This document shows, one piece after another, positions 19,425-29,287 of a DNA stretch of 64,000 bases. A program made the translations under genes and the position numbers. The DNA comes from an uncultured delta proteobacterium. GTDB lineage: Bacteria > Desulfobacterota > Syntrophobacteria > BM002. The notes beneath the pieces were generated by a model that worked only from the letters and a program-made list of their open reading frames with translations, was not told where the DNA came from and did no database searches. The DNA lies in NCBI GenBank assembly GCA_963712115.1, contig CAVQGX010000027.1, forward strand, positions 91,111 through 155,110, read 5' to 3'. The stretch's first letter is position 1. Each line of letters starts with the position of its first letter.

Positions 19425-19604
19425 ATGTCTATAGCGAAGAGAGAACAGTTACTAAAGGAAATTGAGGAATTGAAGGCGAAGCTTCGTGATCGAGAGGCTG
19501 CTCTGCCGGCTCATTCTGTCCGACCGCACCAGGTTCAAGAGATCGAAGAACTCGAGGAAGAAATTGCCGGGCTTGAAAAGATGCTGGGTGAGATTACATC
19601 GTGA
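19425..19604 (+). CDS. 59-aa helical hairpin/coiled-coil protein with a PAHSVRP turn (not in ORF track)
   Basis: MSIAKREQLLKEIEELKAKLRDREAALPAHSVRPHQVQEIEELEEEIAGLEKMLGEITS; RBS GAGGG. Confidence 0.75.
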   Translation: MSIAKREQLLKEIEELKAKLRDREAALPAHSVRPHQVQEIEELEEEIAGLEKMLGEITS

Positions 19605-21777
19605 CTTCGAGGCCTTCTTCCTGCAGCAGAGGGATAATATCATAGGCGGGGAGGGGTGGGCTAAACAGGTATCCCTGAATGATGTCGCATCCCCGCTCGC
19701 GCAGAAATTCCAGTTGCGCTTCAGTCTCCACTCCCACTGCCACTACTTTCAGATTCAGGCTGTGCGCCATGGCAATGGTGGCGGCAACAAGGGCGGCATT
19801 ATCGGCATTCTCGGGAATATTTTTTATGAAAGAACGATCTATCTTCAAGACGTCCAGAGGGACGTTTCTAAGATGGTGTAGGGATGAATACCCAGTGCCA
19901 AAGTCATCAGCGGCTATGCGGACACCTAGATCTTTTAAATCGTGCAAAGCTTTAACCGCATTTTCTTCTTGAATTAAAGAGATTTCCGGTAGTTCTATCT
20001 CCAAAAAAGATGGGTCCGCACCGGTTTCCTCTAAAACCTCAGAGATCATATCTACCAGTTTTTCCTCTTTAAACAGGAGACTGGACAGATTCACCGACAT
20101 GCGCATTTCTGTCAAACCAGCCTCTCTCCAGGCCAGGTTTTGCTGGCAGGCTGTCTGGAGTACCCACTTGCTTACAGATTCAATGAGACCACTTTCTTCA
20201 GCCAGTGGTATGATGTCTGCTGGAGGCACCACCCCTAAATTTGCATGCTGCCAGCGTATAAGAGCCTCAGTACCGACAATCGACCTTGTGTCAATGGAAA
20301 GTTGCGGTTGATAGTAAAGAATCAGTTCCTTAGCCTCCAAGGCCTTGTAGAGGTCCGCTTTGAGCGTAACCCTCTCAGGGGTGCCGCCCTGGATTGAGTC
20401 TGCATAAAACTGGTAATTGTTTCTACCCAAGTTCTTCGCATGATACATTGCTTTGTCAGCATTTTTTATCAAAGCTTCACCGTCTTGCCCGTCTGCAGGG
20501 AAGAGGCTGATGCCAATACTGGTGGTAATAAATATTTTGTGTGAATCTAAAACAAAAGCATCGGAAAGCGTATAAAGAATACGTCTTGCCACCTTAGCCG
20601 CATCTTGCGCTTTCTTGATATTAGTAAGTAGCAAGACAAACTCGTCTCCACCGAAGCGCGCTATATTGGTGTTGCATATATCTTCGACATTGCGGGCCAG
20701 AATGTCGCTCTTCCGTATTATCCTTATTAAGCGCTCTCCCACAGCGTGTAACAGCATGTCACCCAAGTGATGGCCAAGTGTATCGTTAACCCGCTTAAAA
20801 TGGTCGAGATCCAAAAATAATGTTGCAAGGAGAGTATTATTGCGTTTGGCATAAGCCAGGGTTTGATTCATGTGTTCATTAAACATCAACCGGTTAGGCA
20901 AACCGGTCAGGCAATCATAAAAGGCCAGAAAGCGCATTTCTTCTTCTGCGCGCTTACGGGCCGTAATATCATTAATAAAATGAAGGGTTGCGGATTTGCC
21001 GTCCCAGTCAATGAGGACACCTTTTGCCTCCACCCACCTGAAATGCCCATCTTTTGAAAGGAGGCGAAAAGAAAGTGCCGGGCAGGCTCTCCTGCCCAAG
21101 AGGGTTCTGTCTTGGTACTCGCGAAACTCGTCTCTGTCTTCTGAGTGGAGAAATTCCACAAAGGGGGTGGACCTTAGCTTATTCTCGGGATAATCAAAGA
21201 GCTCAGAAGCCCTCGGATTATAGAATGTGAGAATTTCATCCTGAATGACTAGAATGGCCTCGTTGGCATTTTCAACAAGCAGGCGGTATTTTCCTTCCGA
21301 CTGCATCAAGTTGTCATAAAGCTTCTTTGATTCAAGAACAGAATTGATCCTCGCCTTCAATTCCGGCATGTAGTAGGGTTTTGAGACGTAAGATATTGCA
21401 CCTGCTTCGAAACTCTTTACTATGTCCTCTTTTTCCTCGACCACAGTCCCCACTATGATGGGAATATGACGGGTGCTATTATCCTTTTTCAGTATTTTTA
21501 TGGCCTCGATGCCATTCATCTTTGGCATCTTCAGATCCATGACAATGACGTCGGGTTTCAGGCTGCGACTCTTGCTAACCGCCTGGTCACCGTTAGTAAC
21601 ACAGATTACTTTGAACCCGTCTTGTTCGAGCTGAGTGCAGACTAAATCTCTAATCTCATTGTCGTCCTCAGCGATCAAGACAACATTGGATTTCTCCACA
21701 GGATCACAACCCTTGCTTATGGGTCCATCTTCTGGGTAGGCTTTCATCTCAGTTAGGATAAGCACATCCTGTGCCAA
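19594..21777 (-). CDS. REC-PAS-GGDEF-EAL c-di-GMP enzyme
   Basis: AEDD..MDLKMP..SKP receiver; PAS; ARFGGDEF; TEAL, DDFGTGYSS, QGY; start may lie further downstream. Confidence 0.93.
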   Translation of the reverse strand: MAQDVLILTEMKAYPEDGPISKGCDPVEKSNVVLIAEDDNEIRDLVCTQLEQDGFKVICVTNGDQAVSKSRSLKPDVIVMDLKMPKMNGIEAIKILKKDNSTRHIPIIVGTVVEEKEDIVKSFEAGAISYVSKPYYMPELKARINSVLESKKLYDNLMQSEGKYRLLVENANEAILVIQDEILTFYNPRASELFDYPENKLRSTPFVEFLHSEDRDEFREYQDRTLLGRRACPALSFRLLSKDGHFRWVEAKGVLIDWDGKSATLHFINDITARKRAEEEMRFLAFYDCLTGLPNRLMFNEHMNQTLAYAKRNNTLLATLFLDLDHFKRVNDTLGHHLGDMLLHAVGERLIRIIRKSDILARNVEDICNTNIARFGGDEFVLLLTNIKKAQDAAKVARRILYTLSDAFVLDSHKIFITTSIGISLFPADGQDGEALIKNADKAMYHAKNLGRNNYQFYADSIQGGTPERVTLKADLYKALEAKELILYYQPQLSIDTRSIVGTEALIRWQHANLGVVPPADIIPLAEESGLIESVSKWVLQTACQQNLAWREAGLTEMRMSVNLSSLLFKEEKLVDMISEVLEETGADPSFLEIELPEISLIQEENAVKALHDLKDLGVRIAADDFGTGYSSLHHLRNVPLDVLKIDRSFIKNIPENADNAALVAATIAMAHSLNLKVVAVGVETEAQLEFLRERGCDIIQGYLFSPPLPAYDIIPLLQEEGLEVTM

Positions 21778-21923
21778 GTTTGCTGGATAGGCTGGCAGAT
21801 TAAGTCAAACTAAGAAGGTTTGTGGAGGGGTTTAGTCGAACCATAAATCCACAATCCGAAATCTACAATCCGAAATCGGAGGGGAATGTTCTATAATTAA
21901 CAAATAACTGCTGTTTATTTACT

Positions 21924-22206
21924 CCAGCCCGGATATTTTATGAATTCACGCCCTGGCGTGACTGCGACCACGGATATGGCCGTCCTTCCTGGCGTCCTCG
22001 GATGTCGGTACCTGCGACGTACCGTTCAGAGGTACGTCTCGGCTTCGATTTTGGATTTCGGATTTTACCATTTGCTATCTGGTTCTCACGAGCTTTTGAG
22101 CAAATTTTCATTCCGCATTCCGCAATCCGCGTTCCGCAATCGTCGACCAGGTGGCCCGCCCATCTTCGTGATCTCGCGACAGTGATTCATGAAATATCCG
22201 GGCTAG
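21924..22206. mobile_element. MITE-like element with ~20-bp terminal inverted repeats
   Basis: AGCCCGGATATTTTATGAAT ... ATTCATGAAATATCCGGGCT; solo ends at 25162-25186 and 29422-29437; no convincing ORF. Confidence 0.65.
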
Positions 22207-23018
22207 CCTAGATTAACGGTGAGGTAGAGGTCGCCGACACCATTGCCCCTTCTTTTTCCTTTTCCCTTTAGGCGCAATCGGGTCCCAGATCGAGTTCCAG
22301 GCGGTATTCTTACCTTCAACTTTTCCTGTCCTTGTCCCCGGTCGACGGCGATTGTTACCCAGGTGCCGCGCTCGGCCTCTGCAGTAGGAATGGCAAGATT
22401 ATAGGTGAGATCTTGAGGTCCGAGGGTAAGGTTTTGTCTACCTGATGGCAGTGCTTTCTGACTTCCTAGGAGGAAGTTAGCAACTTTCTTTCCCAACCGT
22501 TTCAAAAACCCAAAAGGCTGAATTTCCGGGGTCTCAGACCGCTCAACCTTTTGGCGCTGTTGAGGTCTTCCTATTTTCATTCGGCGAAAGCCAGATGGAC
22601 CCCAAACGAAAACGCCACCAAAAAACACTCCGCGGCCGCCAAAAAAGGTCTGATCAAAAAAGTTTTGGTCGAAGCGGAAGCCGGCTTTTTCGAACTCCCT
22701 GAAAAGATCCTGGAAAACGTGGCTGAATCTCGGATCCTTGAAAAGGTCCTGAAAAATCTCCTCCTGAGAATAGCGGAAGCCTCCGCCAGCCACCCGCTCC
22801 TTGACCCCGGTTCTTAGCCACCGGTCATACTCAGAGCGCTTGGCAGGGTCTATGAGAACCCCATAGGCTTCAGCAATTTCCTTGAAGTGTTCCTCTGCTT
22901 TTGGATCGCCGGGGTTGCGATCCGGGTGGTACTTGAGGGCCAATTTTCGATATGACTTGCGAATTTGCTCCTCGGAAGCATCCCGGTCCACTTCAAGTAG
23001 TTCGTAGTAATCCTTCAT
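22203..23018 (-). CDS. DnaJ-domain protein (CbpA-like, no Zn finger)
   Basis: [14 protein letters not shown]-domain, G/F-rich region, VRIPPG..LRLKGKG..GDLY. Confidence 0.92.
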   Translation of the reverse strand: MKDYYELLEVDRDASEEQIRKSYRKLALKYHPDRNPGDPKAEEHFKEIAEAYGVLIDPAKRSEYDRWLRTGVKERVAGGGFRYSQEEIFQDLFKDPRFSHVFQDLFREFEKAGFRFDQNFFDQTFFGGRGVFFGGVFVWGPSGFRRMKIGRPQQRQKVERSETPEIQPFGFLKRLGKKVANFLLGSQKALPSGRQNLTLGPQDLTYNLAIPTAEAERGTWVTIAVDRGQGQEKLKVRIPPGTRSGTRLRLKGKGKRRGNGVGDLYLTVNLG

Positions 23019-23029
23019 GGTTTTCTACT

Positions 23030-23190
23030 AGCATAGCGCATAGCGTCATTTATCATTGCTCATTGCGCATTTATCATTTTTCATTGCAGTAAACTTTCAG
23101 CTAAATAGTGCTGTATTCAAATGTACAATGAGAAATGAGAGATGACAAATGGGAAATGTGAAATGGAGCAGAGCGCTTTGCGTTCTGCGA
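23030..23190. repeat. Heptamer-periodic palindromic element (CATTnnn/nnnAATG arms)
   Basis: TCATTGC TCATTGC GCATTTA TCATTTT TCATTG ... AATGAGA AATGAGA GATGACA AATGGGA AATGTGA AATG. Confidence 0.75.
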
Positions 23191-23199
23191 AAATCCAGC

Positions 23200-23610
23200 T
23201 CATTCCCCATCAACCCACTGGGGAAGCTGCTCAGTTACCAGCCACTCAATGGTGTCCCTCGTCTGTCTGAAGGCCTCCAGACTCTCTGAAAAGGGATCCA
23301 TTACGTGCCAATGAATCACCTTGCCCTTGAAAGAAGGAGGCATGAGCCTTTCCAAAGGATACTCTAAGAGATCCAGGATCAGATCAAAACTATCGAGTTC
23401 TACCTCAGCCAATCCTTTGGAATAGAGACCATGGGTGGAAACCCCTATTTCCTCAAGAACGCCTGTGGTTTCCTCAGGTACATAGCCCAAAGCACTCAGT
23501 CCGGCGGAAGCCACCTCTAGGGCGTCATTCCAGTGGTGCCTGGCCAAGGCTTCGCCCATAATGCTTCGGCAGGCGTTACCATAACAGACAAAAAGTACGC
23601 TCTTTCTCAT
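23200..23610 (-). CDS. LMW protein-tyrosine phosphatase / ArsC family protein
   Basis: VLFVCYGNACRS P-loop, SAG, DP. Confidence 0.9.
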   Translation of the reverse strand: MRKSVLFVCYGNACRSIMGEALARHHWNDALEVASAGLSALGYVPEETTGVLEEIGVSTHGLYSKGLAEVELDSFDLILDLLEYPLERLMPPSFKGKVIHWHVMDPFSESLEAFRQTRDTIEWLVTEQLPQWVDGE

Positions 23611-23728
23611 ACCGCTCTCCGAAGGAAGACTGGCAGGATAATCCACTCCAGGATGAGCGTGGCAAAAACAAACTGCCTCGCAATGGAAACATAAACACTA
23701 TTTAACCTTTGGCAAGGGTTTGGTGCTG

Positions 23729-24421
23729 TTACACCGCCTTGCTCAGACGGGAGAAGAACCGGTTGACCTTCTCTTCAGCACTCTTGCGCTCCGAGGGAGA
23801 GCGAAAGTTGGAGGACAGACTCATGAAGATTTTATCCAAGGGGGCGAGAGAATGAAAGAATTCATGCACCAACTTTGAAGCGGGTGGTATTAAAAGTGTG
23901 GCAGGATCAACAGAGTTTTCCTCAAGCAGCCGAAAGAAGCTATGAATCAAGTCTGCGTCGCTGATTACCAATCCAAAAAGAAACCAGTCATTCACTGTGG
24001 AGAGGATGATTTCTTTTTGGACTGTGCTTAGCTCCCGGTAAGAGCGGCAGAAGAAGCCCTGGCATGCCATAGCTCCATGAAAAGAGAGACCACGCCAGTC
24101 TGTACCACCATTTCCGCGGGCAAGGGGGTGGAGCATGCAGCCGACCAGGGTTTCTTCTTCATTCAAAAAGCCGACGAACTCACAAGAATAGAACTCAGGA
24201 TCCAGAAGCTGGGATTTTTCTTTTTCTCTGTTGCTCTCGGAGAAATAGAGGATAGCTTCCACCGTCCTCCTGGTACTGGTGAACTCCTCAGTTCTGGCTC
24301 TTAGTTTACGGGCCAGTCCAGCTCTGCTCGTGTCGTGGCTATTATATAGTCCACAACACCAGGCACATGACTTTTGCTTGTCTGGTTGGCAAAGATGAGG
24401 GATAAAGGACTGGGTGCTCAA
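23729..24421 (-). CDS. Cys-rich hypothetical protein, possible Fe-S or Zn binding
   Basis: SCAWCCGLYN, CEFVGFL, GCMLHP, CQGFFC; TTG start after GGAGGA. Confidence 0.75.
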   Translation of the reverse strand: MSTQSFIPHLCQPDKQKSCAWCCGLYNSHDTSRAGLARKLRARTEEFTSTRRTVEAILYFSESNREKEKSQLLDPEFYSCEFVGFLNEEETLVGCMLHPLARGNGGTDWRGLSFHGAMACQGFFCRSYRELSTVQKEIILSTVNDWFLFGLVISDADLIHSFFRLLEENSVDPATLLIPPASKLVHEFFHSLAPLDKIFMSLSSNFRSPSERKSAEEKVNRFFSRLSKAV

Positions 24422-24513
24422 AGCTTTCCTCCAGATCAAACTGCTAGCACAGGTCAAGTTTCAATGACTTGGTCGGTAAAGATGACAAACGGCTTTGGAG
24501 TCCCAGAGCATCA

Positions 24514-24744
24514 GAAATCCCAAATCACAAATTGCAAATATCAAACAAATCACAATGACCGAAATTCGAAATTCCAAACCTGTTTTGTGTTTTGGTAATT
24601 GAATATTGGGATTTGGTGCTTGGAGCTTGGGATTTCACTATTCCACCACTCCATCACTCCAAAAGACTTCAGAATAAAGGAAAGATCCTCGAAGCCCACA
24701 GTGGGGTCAACTCAAGGAGAAATCCTCTAGGCCTGGATTCTTTA
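24514..24744. repeat. Interspersed repeat family A, copy 2
   Basis: Aligns with 12318-12566, with an internal deletion of about 21 nt in the right arm. Confidence 0.85.
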
Positions 24745-25125
24745 TTCTTCCTCTGGGGGAGGAAATAGTTTGCTGGCAATAATTATCCTCTCTTCGTTAC
24801 CGTATTTGCGGTCAAACTCCTCCGGAGTGTCCTTCCAAAGAATGGTGTTGTAAACTCCAGCCTGATAGCGGTCTTCTAGAGTCTTGGAATGATCGACAGT
24901 GCAGGAATCCGCACTCTCGATAATTCCAGGGTCACCAGTAATCTCACCGCTCTTATCGAAGCCGCGTAGCAAGACACAGCCACAATTAAGATAGGTAAGG
25001 GCCATGCCGATAGCGGCAGGTTGTTTTTCGTACACCTCTCTGCTTAAGACCCTTATGGCCTCGCCGTGTAGTTCCTCAAGCTCGGCTCCAACCTTTTCTC
25101 TTTCTTCGCTAGTCAGTTCTTTCAC
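24742..25125 (-). CDS. Hypothetical protein
   Basis: GTG start after AAGGAGG; CGC motif; the longer ATG start lies inside a MITE end. Confidence 0.7.
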   Translation of the reverse strand: MKELTSEEREKVGAELEELHGEAIRVLSREVYEKQPAAIGMALTYLNCGCVLLRGFDKSGEITGDPGIIESADSCTVDHSKTLEDRYQAGVYNTILWKDTPEEFDRKYGNEERIIIASKLFPPPEEE

Positions 25126-25346
25126 CTTTCCTGCCTCCTTTAGCGAGCTTGGTCCTAGCAAGTGATTCATGATATATCCGGGCTAAAGCTGAAAAGTCAA
25201 CCCCACTTTCTTGCCATAGCATACGGAAGTTTAGGGAGTGGAGACAGACGGAGAATGGTTTTTTTACGATTGAGCACGCGCAAGGGCGGTTCGATAACAA
25301 AAAGGCGGAAGTCGGTTGTGGAGGAGGGCAGACCGATCCGGCGACA

Positions 25347-25739
25347 CTAGTCTTTAACGAGAAGTTTCACATTATGGATAAGTTCTTCCGGCTCGATGGG
25401 CTTTTCCATGAAAATATCCGCATGAATCCAGTCCAGATCCTCATCTAGCGATCGTCTATACCCCTTTTCTACCGGCGGCCTGGCAGATACGATGAGTATG
25501 GGCACTCCGAAAGCGCCATCGTTCTTTTTGATTTCGGTTGCAAAGTTTAGCCCCTCATCCATAGTTTCCATCATGATGTCGAGGATGAGTAGATCAGGTC
25601 GATTGTTAACAAAGAGTTGGTAGCCTTTGCTTGTATCCAGGGCAGTAAAAACCTCATAGCCGTACTGGGAGAGAATGTGGCTCAAGGCATCACAAATTTC
25701 CGGATCATCATCGATGATTATAATTCTCTTTGCACTCAT
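25347..25739 (-). CDS. Single-domain response regulator
   Basis: IIDDD, ILDIMM, VSA, EKP. Confidence 0.92.
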   Translation of the reverse strand: MSAKRIIIIDDDPEICDALSHILSQYGYEVFTALDTSKGYQLFVNNRPDLLILDIMMETMDEGLNFATEIKKNDGAFGVPILIVSARPPVEKGYRRSLDEDLDWIHADIFMEKPIEPEELIHNVKLLVKD

Positions 25740-26160
25740 GGATGGATCCCTCCTTGCCCAAGTCCAGGGCCTACTAATGTTACCCTTCCAAAATTTTTCT
25801 CTGGGTTAACCCTTCTAAGGTTACGAAGATGGGCTAGACAGATGGGGGCAGTGTTGAGGCAGGAGATAATCCCCAAGGATAGAAAATCCAAAACAGCGCA
25901 GTACTCGCCACCTTAACACAAACAAGGTTCCCTCTGTCAAGCTAAAAAACCACGATCTTGATAGGGAATGGCAAGGTTAGGAAGAGACTGAGCCTACCAC
26001 AAGCTCTCGATGCAAATCAAAAGGAGGCCGACTTCGCATCAAAGCATGAGATGTTTGGTTGGACAAGAATTGCTGCGTGTTGGGCTGAGGCTAACGGTTT
26101 ATCAGTTGAGACATTTGTGAAAGAGGATTATAAATAGGTCCTCGTGAACCTAATCTGCAG

Positions 26161-27084
26161 ATGGAGAAGTTATCAATGAGCCGTCGGATGTGTTGCCTTA
26201 AGCAAAGCTGGATTTTTCTCTTGGTGTGGCTGTTATGGGTTATTAGTTACTCGACTCTGGCTGCTGCCGCTGCTCCTGAAGTACTCAGTGAAATCACGGT
26301 GGTTTATGAGAAAGGTCAGTGGCACGTCGTCCTTACCGGACCCCAATCTGTGTCCTACAGAGCCATTATGGTGGTAGATCCGCTACGACTGGTGGTGGAT
26401 CTACCCAATACCTCAAATGAGATGCACCCGAAGCCATTTAACGTGGACAACGAAGTAATAGGTACAATCGAAACCGCAGAACTCATTCATGAACCCCAAC
26501 CTTTAACCCGGGTCGAAATTGGGTTGAACCAGAATGCGTCGTATGAAATCACTCACAAGGGAAAAGAGATTTGGGTTAGCTTTAATATGGCTGAGCCTTT
26601 GACTAAGGTTGTGCCTCCGCAAACTGAGCCAACTGTTAAATCGAAGGCTATGAAATACTACACAAAAAAAGAGGTTGCCACACCCGAGTCTCCTCCAAAA
26701 GAAACCATACTTCCTTCCAAACCCTTGGAGAAATCGTTTCTACCCTCCGCCTCCAAGGTCTTGAGTATTCACCAGTTAAAGATCGACGAAGAATTGAGGT
26801 ATTATATTGTTGCCAACGGGAGCCTTGCTGATTACGTTTCCTTTCACCTGACCAATCCGCCTCGACTGGTGGTGGACCTCATAGGAGTCAAGTCTACAGA
26901 GATAGAAGGTGCTTTGAGCTTTAGAGGGCCATGGGTTAAGAAGGTACGTGTTGGTCGATACACCACTAAAGTACGGCTGGTCTTTGATCTAATCCCCGAG
27001 CAGGGACTTCCATACGACATCGTTCTAGGGAAAGACCGTTTGGTGGTCTCCTTCAGACCAGGCGTTAGCTTTCCACCCCGATAA
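26161..27084 (+). CDS. Secreted protein with two AMIN domains
   Basis: Signal peptide; PLRLVVDLP and NPPRLVVDL; KVRLVFDL; Pro-rich linker. Confidence 0.85.
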   Translation: MEKLSMSRRMCCLKQSWIFLLVWLLWVISYSTLAAAAAPEVLSEITVVYEKGQWHVVLTGPQSVSYRAIMVVDPLRLVVDLPNTSNEMHPKPFNVDNEVIGTIETAELIHEPQPLTRVEIGLNQNASYEITHKGKEIWVSFNMAEPLTKVVPPQTEPTVKSKAMKYYTKKEVATPESPPKETILPSKPLEKSFLPSASKVLSIHQLKIDEELRYYIVANGSLADYVSFHLTNPPRLVVDLIGVKSTEIEGALSFRGPWVKKVRVGRYTTKVRLVFDLIPEQGLPYDIVLGKDRLVVSFRPGVSFPPR

Positions 27085-27220
27085 TCTGATATCGGTAATT
27101 TTCTGCTTTAAAGACTGCATATAGTGCCTGGTCCTCAAAAGCTAAAATGTAAATTAAAGTATGTGATAGTGAGTCAGCACATATAATCAAAGAAGCTGTT
27201 AGCCCCGTCCGACTGCAGCG

Positions 27221-27970
27221 GGTTGGGCGGCACTGGCTCTTGCCATCCCATAGCCGCTAACGACCCGGACACGCTGGCCTGTACAAACCTGCTTCATTCA
27301 CTCCCAGCAGTCCCGCTTGGTACGAACGCTCATCCACCGGCGAGAGTCCGGCTATCATCCTCGCCGTCAGCACCGGCACGCGGCGTATCTCGTCCAATCG
27401 CTGCGCTATGCCTTCCAGTGGCTCATCAGAGCTCATCCAATTCTGCTTGTCAAACGCCTGCAGATTCAGTGGCACGGTGTAGCCTCGCAGGGTCTTCTCC
27501 CGCGCCACGTTGTAGTACTGCTCAAAGTACGACATGACCAACTCGCGTAACGTGCGATATACCGGCTCACGAAAACGCAAGCCGACAAAGTTGGACTTGG
27601 CCACCGCACCCCAATGCCCCTCCCGCTTGCACAAGGCCAGCAGATGGTCGTCATCCCGAGCACTGGGCACCAGGTCCACAATCAGTGGCGCATACCCCAG
27701 GCGGCGCAGCGCCGCAGCGGCAAACAACGCCCCATCGAAGCAGTGAGCCAGGCGCTCGCGCAGGACACGCAGGGGACACCGATAAATCGCTTCCGCACTG
27801 TAGGGCAGCTCATCCAGGAAAGCCTGGATGTCTCGCGGCGTGGTCAGCCGCGCCACAACCTGGCGTTCGGAATGGCTCAAGGCCTGCTCAAAAGCTTCAA
27901 TCGCTGACATCGCGACTCCCAAATGGACCATCTCAAAGGCGACAGAGCGCTTGTCATGTGCCGCCCAACC
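27221..27970 (-). mobile_element. Isolated integron gene-cassette remnant
   Basis: Minus strand starts GTTGGGCGGCAC (GTTRRRY core) and ends GTGCCGCCCAAC (RYYYAAC), followed by CCGCTGCAGTCGGACG; gene clearly more GC-rich than its flanks. Confidence 0.6.
27257..27910 (-). CDS. Conserved hypothetical protein, possible transglutaminase-like Cys-His fold
   Basis: AHCFDGALFAAA, DDDHLLA, WGAVAKSN; ATG after GGAG. Confidence 0.8.
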   Translation of the reverse strand: MSAIEAFEQALSHSERQVVARLTTPRDIQAFLDELPYSAEAIYRCPLRVLRERLAHCFDGALFAAAALRRLGYAPLIVDLVPSARDDDHLLALCKREGHWGAVAKSNFVGLRFREPVYRTLRELVMSYFEQYYNVAREKTLRGYTVPLNLQAFDKQNWMSSDEPLEGIAQRLDEIRRVPVLTARMIAGLSPVDERSYQAGLLGVNEAGLYRPACPGR

Positions 27971-28370
27971 TTAAATTATACGGCGTATTATCCGTTTTAT
28001 AATGCAGAAAGTCTCATACGCATATCGTGAATTGTGAAAAACTAGAGGTACTTATTCGATAACATTCACTATATTGAAAACAAAAAATACCGAAACCGAC
28101 ATCCGCTCTGATCACAACCCAAAATACGCAGACAGACTATACCAAGAGAAGAGCCATTGCAAAGCTAAAGATTACATCCCTTAATCCACACTCGGCTGGG
28201 ATTTAATCTGGCACAAGATGTTGAATCGTTTCAACGCTGTGGTAGTCTGGGCAACGCACTCCCACAAACAGGACACAATTTATCTTCTGGCTTAACTATT
28301 ACGGTGAGCTTGCACATGGGGCATTTGATGGGGTGGTCTCTGGCTCGTTTAATGTCTTCAGCCAAGGGGG

Positions 28371-28970
28371 TTAGTCCTCTGAATCAATACCACCTGAGGA
28401 CCCGGCATTCTTCGGATCACGACACTCAGCGAGAAAATACTTCTTATTGCAGTCCCAACAGAAAAGATAGTCTTCATCAGCGGACCACGACAAATGTTTG
28501 TGGCCTCGGGGACATTTTTTGGGTGGTTCTTGGGCAGGATTATTCGCGTCTTCTTCTTTGTCTTCCTCTCTCAGCTGTTCCTCTGTCAAGCTTTCCGGAC
28601 CCTCATCTTCGTCCGAGGCCGCGGATTCCAAGTACACGGCAAAACCACGATCTAAAATAAAAGAGGAAATAGATTTCCGGTCTTCTTCAGAGATCTTAAT
28701 GAACTCGACACCCATACCGCGCGGCATATCCTGTTCAGGAGGAACTTGGGTACTCGACCAGACCACCCTTGCTTTGACCGCTATTCGGCGACCAGGAACA
28801 CTGATGATCATATCGATGACTTCATGCAGCTCAAGGGGAGACAGACCGCGAATAAAGGCCCCGTCAGGACTGATGTTGTATGTAACCCGTTCAAGAGTTT
28901 CTTCTTCAGTCTTAATGGTTACAGGCAAACCGACCTTGGCTCTACGATGTTGACGTGTGTGTTCTTCCAT
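28371..28970 (-). CDS. PilZ domain protein with acidic linker and C-terminal Zn-ribbon-like motif
   Basis: RQHRR and NISPDG PilZ motifs, GMGVEF; CPRGH...CWDC. Confidence 0.85.
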   Translation of the reverse strand: MEEHTRQHRRAKVGLPVTIKTEEETLERVTYNISPDGAFIRGLSPLELHEVIDMIISVPGRRIAVKARVVWSSTQVPPEQDMPRGMGVEFIKISEEDRKSISSFILDRGFAVYLESAASDEDEGPESLTEEQLREEDKEEDANNPAQEPPKKCPRGHKHLSWSADEDYLFCWDCNKKYFLAECRDPKNAGSSGGIDSED

Positions 28971-29197
28971 AGATTCTTATTATAGAGTATGGAGTAGTTT
29001 TCGGAAAGCTCATCCTCTCGTCAGTCTATGCCGTGTTATTTTCGGAGGGAAAAAAGCCCCCACTGATCGGGCACCGGATGACCAGCAGGGGCATATCCTA
29101 GAGCGGATAGGGCAAAGGTAGGGTGCCCCGCCCGTTGAGGAACTTACCATAAAGGGTGCTTGAGTTGAAATGAAAAAAACGGAGCCGAAGCTTCGCT

Positions 29198-29287
29198 TCA
29201 AAGGACCATCCCCACCAGAAATAACCACCAGGCAATTGCCAGGAAAATCATAACGGTCATATCTTTTGGAGTAGGCGAGGGTATCAT
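29198..29287 (-). CDS. Putative 29-aa membrane peptide (not in ORF track)
   Basis: AGGAGG RBS; MIPSPTPKDMTVMIFLAIAWWLFLVGMVL; followed by a hairpin and T7 tract. Confidence 0.5.
   Translation of the reverse strand: MIPSPTPKDMTVMIFLAIAWWLFLVGMVL

Noticed and set aside
21940-22211. Short ORFs 21940-22185, 22002-22211 and 25162-25350
   Set aside because: Translations of the MITE and heptamer repeats
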